Below, piece after piece: positions 54,201 through 64,000 of a stretch of 64,000 nt of DNA; the stretch's first letter is position 1, and the number at the start of each line of letters is the position of its first letter. The translations under genes and the position numbers were made by a program. A model generated the notes under the pieces. It was not told the origin of the DNA and searched no databases. It worked only from the letters and a program-made list of their open reading frames with translations. Source of the DNA: Epiperipatus broadwayi (lineage: Eukaryota > Animalia > Onychophora); assembly GCA_028023455.1 (NCBI GenBank), contig JAQFVV010000005.1:1798001-1862000 (forward strand). Direction: 5' to 3'.

Positions 54201-54593
54201 TGTTCAAAAAAAGAAAACAATTTTTATTTGTTTATAGTGTTCAATAATTTTACATTTTTTTACACTAAATCTTGGATTAAATTTTTTTTGTGTGATTTAC
54301 TTTACTAATTTAGTCTTATAAATACTAAAACGAAACTGCAGTAGTATTTTTGAAATCACTTCTTTTTTACTTATTTTTATCTCGAAAATTGGCTAAAAAT
54401 AACTTTTATAATTATTATATAAATACTCTATATGATTTAATGTATTGATAGAGTGATTGATTCTGGAGTTCAAAATCCATGGACGAAGTCTCAAACTCTG
54501 TCATTTGTAGAGCTTGGAACTTTTATGAAGTCCTCACAATTTTTATGAATTTCCGAGCAAGAAAACCATCTAAATAAAAGCAATTTATCCACC

Positions 54594-54721
54594 CTACATT
54601 GAACATTTTTTAGCAAAAAACTTTTTATTGTACATATATGCATACATGACAGTCGAAACGTAAGATTGAGTATGCATATATGTACAATAAAAAGTTTTTT
54701 GCTAAAAAGTGTTCAAAGTAG
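54594..54721. repeat. Palindrome with the 3' half of a hammerhead (GTCGAAACGTA) in its spacer
   Basis: ~50-bp arms ctacattgaacattttttagcaaaaaac...gcatac and gtatgc...gctaaaaagtgttcaaagtag; spacer atgacagtcgaaacgtaagattga. Confidence 0.85.
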
Positions 54722-55099
54722 AGTACAGCAAAATAAAGGAAGTGGTGAATTTTAATATTTCTATTTCTGAATAAATCAATCTATTATTCATTTACAATAT
54801 AAATCTGTATATATACAATAATTAGGTTTGAGTAGGTGTAAAAGATTTAAACATATATACTGTATGTAGATTAAAAACAATGCATATTAATAATAAGAAA
54901 ATCTTTAATCTAGTTTACAGACTTTTTTCATCACTTTTAGGCATGTTCTCTAAAATATAAATTTCATGCATGCATTGTGAAATAAATATGAAGATGTTTG
55001 TGTTGAAAAAATTTAAGAAGTAGCAGATTGACCTTCATGAATTGTTAATGCTTCCTAATTAGAAATTTAGACCATGAAGATAATTTGAAGCAATAAAAC

Positions 55100-55760
55100 A
55101 TTTTTTTTTGTATTATGCATTAGATCAAAAAATTTAATTAATAAAAAATCATTAATTGTTGCATAAGTTAGCACATAGGTACTAATATTATTTGAACTAT
55201 CTGAAGATGCCATTATAAAATCAGTACTTAATTTAACTTTATAAAAATGCTTTTATATAGATGGTCTGGGTGAAAGTAAAAACATTTTGCATCATGCCAT
55301 TAATTTACAAAATTGGTTTAATCAATAAAAAACAAAAACATTAATTGTTGCATGAACTGGAATGGTAGATACTTTATGGTCCAGGTCTCTACCTAACAGA
55401 ACCCTGATTACATGGGTAGTTTTGCACAAGACGTTTCACAGCTAACATTTTTATATCATAGGTTAATTCAAAAAAGATTTAATTGATTAAAAATTAATTG
55501 TTGTGTGAAGTGAAATATGATAATATTATTTATTCGTTCGGATGCCATTTTAAAGTAAGTACCTGGTTCCCAAAAGTGCTTTTATATAAACAATCTGGGT
55601 GAAAGCAGATCAGTATTTTATATATTGCCATTAATTTAAAAAGTTGATTTAATCAATAAAAAACATTAATTGCTGTATAGATTGAAATAGCAGCTACTTT
55701 ATAATCGAAGTCTTTATCCAGCAGGTCTCTGATTTTACACAAGTTTTTCACAGCTATTAA
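55100..55760 (+). repeat. Old tandem duplication (~335-bp period) with four sub-repeats
   Basis: gatgccatt and tctgggtgaaag each occur twice about 335 bp apart; a tttaat...aaaaa...ttaattg motif occurs four times. Confidence 0.75.
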
Positions 55761-58099
55761 TTCAACTTTTTAAAAAATTGAAATGAATAATTACCACTTT
55801 ACAAAAAAATTTAATAATGAAGAAACTGTCATAGAAAACATTGTACTGTGATTTTTTAAAAATAAATTCTACATTATTAAATTTTATAATTTTAAATTAA
55901 ATATTAAATAATTAAACCCAGTAAAAGAAACAGCTATTTGTAAGTCTACAACAATTAAAAATTCTTGGCAGTACTCTCTCTGTCAAACTCAAAATGAAAT
56001 TATATATATATATATATAAACGTATAAATTGTAAACTAGACAAATGCATCCACCTATTGCTAAATCTTTTATTAATATAATTTATATATGTGTGCCTTCA
56101 TTAATTTAAAATTATTGTTAACCTTATATTGCCATAATTTATAATTCAGAAATTGGCAATTATATATAAATATCTTACAATGAGTTTTATATAAAGTGCT
56201 TCAATGTTCTGATGTACATTAAAATAGGATAAACAAAAAGAAATTGCATCAGTTTGGAAGAATAATTTATGGTTATAGAATAAAAATGGAGAGAAAAAAA
56301 GATAAATTTTCATGCTGCATAATAGTTTAAAAGAAAGGAAATGTTCAACCTGGTTAATAAATATCTGAAAATATAGCTTATGCATAGACACTTCTAACTA
56401 AAAAAAAGTTTAAAAATCGATACATAGGTATGTTACATTAGGATTGTTTAAATATTCAGAAATTTGGAGAATCAGCCATTATTAATTGAATATTGTAGAT
56501 ATTCTAAAAGGTCAGAAGGATATGAAGGCAAGAATCACAAAGACAAAAGAGTATTTATACTGCCAATAATGGAGATGACAATAGATTAAATATTGCATTA
56601 ATATTAAGAACAAAAAATAATTTTATAAGTAAGTAATGTTGAGTTGTAGTGTTGGTTAATTTTTCAGAATACAGGTGGAGGATAGTAAGTATAAGTTGAA
56701 GAATAAAAATAAAGAATGAAAAAATAAATAAAAGAATGAATGGTAAGTTGCTTGGGAGGGTATATGATATTCAAGCTTCAAAAGTGATGACTGAGTTTTA
56801 ATCTAGGAATGGTTAGTTTTTGTACACACACACAGACCAATAGAAAAAATCAAAACGTAATGGAACATGCAATTATTGAAATGTATTGAAGATAAAAATA
56901 AGATCATGAAAGATTATACACTAGGGCTAAGAAATGAAGCAGTTGTATTTATATAAAATATTACAGCAAAATAAAGAAAGTGATAAAATTAGTAACATAA
57001 GTAAAATTAGTAATAAAAAATTATGAACCAAGCTAAATTCATAATAATGAACATTCTCACTGAAGCATCGTTTCAGGTTTGAATTCTAAAGAACTTCACA
57101 ACTTTGCATACTACTTTTGAATCTAGTGAAGTAGTTTCATATTCTGGAATGCAAGCTATATTATTCAAATTTTTGCTGATGTATATTTTTCCCAATGAAC
57201 TATTTTACATTGATGAATTTCTTCTTATTGAGGGTTCTTTGTTGGTGACAGTTGGTTGGTCCCATCACAAGAAAGGCAGATAGGTTCAAAAATTGCATCT
57301 AAATACTTGAAAAGATCAGACTGATCTATATTATGATAGGATCAGACACACTGGCAAACAAAAAAATTAACCACTTATTTCTGAGTATACAGCAAAGTGG
57401 TGAAATTTTTCTATATGACACTGTTATAATATAGCTTTGGTTTTACACGTATATAATCAGGCTCTTCTGCTTGGCAGTCATTATCTTTTAAATTGCAAGA
57501 TAAATTTTTTTGATTGTAAGTCTATTTTTTTTCAAGGTTTTAAATCTGGTTTAAATAGTTTCTCATGTTATGATATCAATAAAAACCAAATATCATAGTC
57601 ATTATTACTTAATTGAATACGAACGCATTAATTCAATAATTGCAACTGCATTAATTAATTAATTAATTAATTAAGTAAGTACACGTTTTTCTGTTTATCT
57701 AAAAACAAACTCTATTAGCTATTTAACGTTTTTGGATACATTTTTTATCAAATTCCAAAATAACATAATTCACTTTTAATCAGTTTTGAAAATAAAAGTG
57801 TTTTACATAAAAATCATTCTTTTTTTTAAAAAAATTATATTAATTTTGCAGCCTTAAAAACTCGTTATAACTTTTGAATGATAATACTTATACTGTTGTG
57901 GAATAAAATTCTGCCAAATACTGAAGCATATTCTGTACTATATTATTAATAATGACTTTAGAATTCATTAATAAATGACAATAATTAATTCTAGACAATA
58001 TATTTTTATTTTACCAAATCATTTTGATGAGGTGAAATAAGAAAATGTTCATTTGTGCCATCATAACTTGAAATTCAATTGTTGATTTATGACCATATG

Positions 58100-61000
58100 T
58101 AATAGGTAATGTCCATTCTATATTACAGCCTCCATCTAAACTAGAAACAAATGATCATAGAGTTTGAATCTAATCTACATGGGATCACTTTTTTCTTATT
58201 CCTTTGTTCATTCTTTTATTATAGCTCCTTTTCCCTTTTTATTGGGTAAAATTCACTTCTTGTTCAAGACATAGACCAAAAAATTATTACCAAAAGACAG
58301 AAAGATGTCCAAGTGTAATTCAGTCCTCATAACCATTATTAAATTTTTGATTTAACTATTCCAATCGGCATTTCTCCATAGATTTGAAAATTCTATTACA
58401 GTATGAGTTAGGTACAATAAAATAATTATACCAACATACAAATGCATATTGTAGTCTTCTATAACTATTAAGTCTATACCTAAGTCAAGAACTCCTCTAC
58501 TGATAAACTTCTTCAACCCTAACTGCTATCTTGATAGACCAATATTCTTTTAAAAGATTATACCTAGTGCTATCCAAAATACACAACTTTTCCTAATTGC
58601 TGTAAAATTCATAATATATTTATTGTTTATCTGGACCCAAAGCTCACATTACATACTGATCAAAACATCTGAAAAGTGACTTCCCTTATATAACAACCTT
58701 AAGCTTGCCAATAGTTCTCAACCTCACTAATAACCCTAAAATTATCCCTATTCACCATTCTTCTCAATTTTTTTTTGATCTATTTTTTTCTATTCTATAA
58801 ATGGCTTTAACTGGCAATATATGCCCATTACACCATTATCATCCCTAACCAAGAATGCATTTTCACCACATTTCAACATCTTATGATCCATGACACACAT
58901 TGAAGTTGATTTTTTTCTCCATATGCTGATATATCAACAAAACCTGGGGTTGTAATCTTTTGCTGTTTCCAAATGCTCTGTTCTTAAAAAATAATTTTTC
59001 ACTTTTATATTTCATATAGTTGTTGACTAGGATCATAGTCTTTTTTGAAGCTCTTCCTATATTGTTTCCATTTTATATTTGCCTCTCTTGTTTTCTAGCA
59101 AGGTGATAATACCTGTCTTTCACCTACTTTATTTAAATCATTTTTATTTATTTGGGTGATCATTTCATGTGTACTGTTATTATTTCATTCATTTTTTTCC
59201 AGAAAAGCAATATACTTCATTTAATAACTCATTAGTTTAACAACATCATGATCACCTTTTCTTATTGTGACTGTTTTAACTCATTAATTTCAGTACATAA
59301 TTTCTAAAAAATCATTTATTCTTTCTACAGATCCACAACTATCAAGAATGTAGGTCTTCCATACCAACCACATAAGAGTTAATATTTAAATCTTATACAT
59401 ATATTTTTAATGGTGGTTTCTTTTGTTTTAGGATGTTTTCTACCAACTTGAGATCACTGATTATTTCTTCATGCTGGACTTCATTTGTTTTTTGGTCCTA
59501 TTCCTACCTCAGAATTAGTACTTGGGTATGGTAATCTTTCAAATTATTTGCCAGGAGTATGTTGTGACTTCAGGATTTGGTAGTTTTATAATTATTACCA
59601 TATAAGTTTTCATTTTCCTGGTAATTTTTTTTTCTTTTTGTAATTTTTTCAGTCAGGATTGAATCTGTCTATTCCTCTAAGGGCAACAACTCTATGTGTT
59701 ATTAGAGGATTGGTCTTAAATGTTGCATTTCTAAGCTTTCATGGTTATATCAATCATGTTAAGAAACTCAACTTGCTGGTTGAGGTCTTCTTATAAGTTT
59801 TCCAAATATTTTTTTTATTCTAAAATGATGAATGATTTTTATTTTCTAGCTTTCAATTAAGACATATGCTGTATCCTCAACTAGGCATTTTGATATAAAA
59901 AAAAAAATTGGGTATAATTTTGTTCCCCCATAAGGAATTTTTCTAGAGTCATCTATTACAAGATTCCAATTTGTCATTATTTTATCCAGAAATTGTTCAA
60001 GATTACTTCTTTGTACTTTGCACAAGATATGGACTTATTAATAATCAGACTCCACATTCCTTTGATGGATCTTGAGGGTTTACATACCAAAATCACTTGC
60101 TCTCTCTCTCAACTGGTTGAAGTAAAAATAACATTCTATGGATATATTATCTAAATGAACATGAGTGTCTTCTAAAATTGGTTAATGCCACAGATATATT
60201 CAAGTGAATATAGTTCATGGTTTTTTTTAGCAGATTTTCTTTTTGTCAACATATATTTCAACCCATTGATAATGCTCTTTTTCAGGTTTTCACACTCAAT
60301 TTAAACTTTCTTTAATGTACATTCCATATATTTTTAGATTTCCCTCACATTCTCTTGGATGAGTCTCCAATAATGCTACTTCTTATCATCTTCTGATTCT
60401 CTCTCTCTCTCAGCTGATTGAGTTAAAAATAATATTCCATAAGTATCTTACCTTCATCACATCTGAACATCTGTTTTTTAAAAAATTAGTTAATCTTGTA
60501 GTATGTATTATGACTTTTTACTTGCACCATCCATGTGATTTTGTATTCATGGTTGTATTTAGCAGTAGTTTTTTTTATATACTTGCCTTATTTTGTCAGT
60601 CCATCTTTTAGACCACCATTGATATTCCTTTTTCATTTTTCAACAATGAATTTCAACTTTTTTTACTGGGCCAAACACCTCTTTTAAGAACTCTCTCATA
60701 TTATTTTGGGTGACTCTAATATTGTTGTCCTCATTATCTTCTGTTCAAAGTTTTGAGTAAATTCTTCTTTCAGTTTAAAACTCTTAATCCTATCTATAAT
60801 ATTTTTAATGGTTTCTTGAATTTTTCCTTTTCTATCACCTATAATTTTAAGAACTTCTCCATATAAACAGATATTTTCTTTCTATAAATTTTTACTTTCT
60901 ACTATACCATTCCTGCACTTGTAACACAATTTCTTCTATAATGCTTCTCATAATCTCTGCATAACTTTTTAATTTTTCTTCTTGTTTTTATTCATCATTG

Positions 61001-61250
61001 TTTGGATATCTTCTAACTTTTTTTGTATCACTCTTCACTTTTGATTACTATTCAGCATAACAGCTTGTATAACTTTTCTATTTTTCTGCTGCATTTCATG
61101 ACATTTTGGTTCATTCTTCTGCAACATCTTAAATAGTTGTCTTCATTTTTTCATCAAATGTTGTCACTTATTATGAAACTTCTTAAAAGTAACCATTCTT
61201 TCTATTTTCTGTGATATAATAAGCTTGAAAAAGATTAAATAAACACTAAA
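58100..61250 (-). mobile_element. Heavily decayed CR1-like LINE
   Basis: Frame-spliced remnants KFLMGEQNY (GDFN), QFLDKIM, KLKVVI*GKS, ALGP and F-DSTR (FADDTK) occur in the expected order. Confidence 0.45.
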
Positions 61251-61830
61251 ATTCTGATTATAATGTTAAATGAAAAAGCAAACTTACCATAAACAATACA
61301 AAAACAGTGGTGCTTGGAAAAAAAACAAGTGAAAAGAAAAATGGAAGTTGATGGAATTGTATTAAAAATGGAAAGTTCTGTTTGATTTGAAAGTAATATC
61401 ACTATTTATTTTGATCACTGAAAAAAAATAGCAAGAACATGCTTACAGCCACAATTGTGTTTTGAAAAGTAAAAGAAAATAAGATTGGACACTTGCAATT
61501 TTTAGTATTATATAGAGTGAAGAGAATCTTAAGATTTGAAGAATATGCAGTTATTGATAATATTCAGTGCTGCAACATGGATGAAGTCTAAAATAGCTTT
61601 TTCTTAAAGAAACTTGAACATTTCAATATATAGATCATCAATCAGAGATCATGCTATCCAAGCTTTGTAAAACGAAGTTTATCTTTGTTGAAGTCAAGAA
61701 TCTTTGATTCTGAATCAGTAAGCCCATTTGTTTATCACAGAACCAAATGGCGAGTGCTGATACATAGAGAACAAAAAACATTATTGATTTAAACTCAATC
61801 TATCTTTTATTTATTTTATTATTCGTTTGT

Positions 61831-62096
61831 AATTCAATAGATAGGGAAGGTTTACTATGCAGGAAAGATTATAAAATTATAATTCCTTTACAGATTCATA
61901 ACTCAGCATTGCTTGTGACAAGTCCTGTCATATTCTTAACAATAAGATAGATATGTAGAAGACAACTTCTACATACTTATCTTAGTGTTAAAATTTTGAT
62001 CGGCCTGATCAAAAGAAGTGCTAAGCTGTAAATCTGTAAAGGAGTTATAATTGTATAATCTTTCCTGCATAGTGGAACTTCCCTATCTATTAAATT
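61831..62096. repeat. Branched palindrome: ~85-bp outer arms enclosing three hairpins
   Basis: Outer arms aatagatagggaag...cagcattgctt and aagtgct...cttccctatctatt. Inner hairpins: tgaca/tgtca, ttaaca...agaag/cttct...tgttaa and ttttgatc/gatcaaaa. Confidence 0.85.
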
Positions 62097-63369
62097 ATTG
62101 ATTTTAATTACCCCATGATATATCTAAAGTGAACTCAACACAATCTGTATTAAAATCTTAAATTCATATGTTTTTGTTTTATATTAATGTTAATGACATA
62201 TTGGAAAAATATAATATAATTTTTTTACATATATTTCAGCAAAATCAAAAAAAAAAAAAGATTTTACATCTAGATGTGTTTTATTTATATTGATTGAGAA
62301 TGCGTATATATTTTTGAATATTAAAAAATATTTTTTAAAAGGGTAAATACAAAATTTTGAAATAACACTTTGATCTCCAAAAACGTACTTGTCAGGAAAA
62401 TTTTACAGATTTTAATGTAAACCAGAATCCTGGTATTATATATATTTATTTATTTTTTAATATATTTTTTGGTTGTATATATATATATATATAAGAAAAT
62501 ACGATTATATTTTTGAAGATTTTATCGAAAATTGCTGCAAAGTTTAAATTCAATCATAAAAAAAAAATATTGAAATTTTAAAAAGTTTTTATTTTTTTAG
62601 GGGGGGGGGTGAATCTATCGCGTAAGTAAATGGACTCTAGTATTTGAGTTTACATAGAAAAGAAAAATAGATTTCTTATAAAAAATATTTTTTTCCTTTA
62701 TATACACATAATTTTTATTTTAATGCAACTGGATTGTATTTATTTTATTCAATTTCATTATTCTCTAGCTTTAATAGATCACATTGCTTCTTAATAAATT
62801 AAAAAAAAAAAAAGCAAATAAAGTGATCAAAATTTTTAAAAGGTATTTTTGATATTAAAAAATGTGAATATTTTGTAGATGAAAGTTGTTGAAATTTATT
62901 TAAAAGCATTATGATTATAAAAGAGTTGAAAATTTATTGGTTGATGTTTCAACTGTGTTTGCAGTCTTCTTCAGAATTTATTTTACATTGCTAATTAAAA
63001 AATAGTGCCCTCTGCTCCCCCTCCCCAAAGCTAGGGTTAAAACATATTAATAAAGCAAAGAAGAAATAACATCTTTACTCTCACACCCAAACATAATATA
63101 TTTGAGTAATTATTGACTCCCAGGTATTTATTACTCAAGCTTGCTATGATCTAGCATTGGGGTTTTTGTTTTGTCACATAGTGCATAAGCCAGGCAGCGA
63201 TTTATTATTATAATTAAACCATATTGTTTTTTGAGTGAATAGCTGTAATGTTATATATAGTCATGAGAAGTGTTAGATTTAAGAGCCAAAGATATCTGAA
63301 AGCAAACTCAACTTATCATCTCATATCACAAGGCACTAACTGCTTGGTTATATAATAAAACAATATACT

Positions 63370-63474
<105 letters not shown>

Positions 63475-63564
63475 GTGGTATGTTCTTCCAAGCTCCTCTT
63501 GCATATATTGTATATTGCAGATAATAGTTCACAATTTATTGGTAAGGCTTTCATTACAACACAA

Positions 63565-63930
63565 CATGAGGGGCCAGAATGACTAATGTCAACATGGGTA
63601 GGATGACAACCTTGGCAGTAATGTGGGCTTTGAACATTCCATCATCAGATTTTTAATGAAATGGATGGCTGAAAAGTTATGGGTTCGAGTGTTTTGAAGC
63701 CTGTCCATTAAAGTATGAAGATTGGCTATCTTAATATAAAGCTGAGCACTGATTTTATATATATGTGGAGATGGTAATCTGGACCAACTGTTGAGCGATG
63801 GTTTAGCACAAAATACTAATATTGGTGATTATTTATCTCTTCAACATGTATGTGATCAGTTGGGTCAGCAATATGAGATGGCATGGAGAGTTGAGGGTTA
63901 TGTGAAAGTCTGAATTCTAATCCTTATATA
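63565..63930 (+). mobile_element. Retrozyme-like unit E (family R1), decayed hammerhead at 63783-63826
   Basis: Reverse complement of units A-C; accaa-CTGTTGA-gcgat ggttt agcac-AAAA-tactaa-TA-ttggt. Confidence 0.75.
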
Positions 63931-64000
63931 TGTATTGTTTATTGTAAATGTACAGTATTTTTCACTGCACTCAAAAAATGTGTTTACAGTTTTCATTGGT

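Noticed and set aside
55201-55280. CTGAAGAtgcc...ggtGAAAgt as an HHR with long stem II
   Set aside because: No stem I or III, and the second tandem unit lacks the core.

Overview
Very AT-rich, repeat-dominated eukaryotic DNA, probably from an invertebrate animal; the species cannot be determined from the sequence. No intact conserved host protein-coding gene is recognisable. The window holds decayed non-LTR retrotransposons (L1/Tx1-like, CR1-like, and a family with a (CACAT)n tail), hAT and pogo DNA-transposon remnants, a SPIN/URR1-like MITE, long (TATC)n arrays, a D-arm-deleted tRNA-Gly pseudogene and many fold-back palindromes. The main result is that at least four unrelated repeat families carry type I hammerhead ribozyme (HHR) motifs. 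One is a ~465-bp tandem retrozyme-like unit with five HHR-bearing copies and a Pol III B-box. Several palindromes turn over at or near the HHR, as expected for Penelope-type mobilisation. All folds and alignments were done by eye, and some boundaries are approximate.
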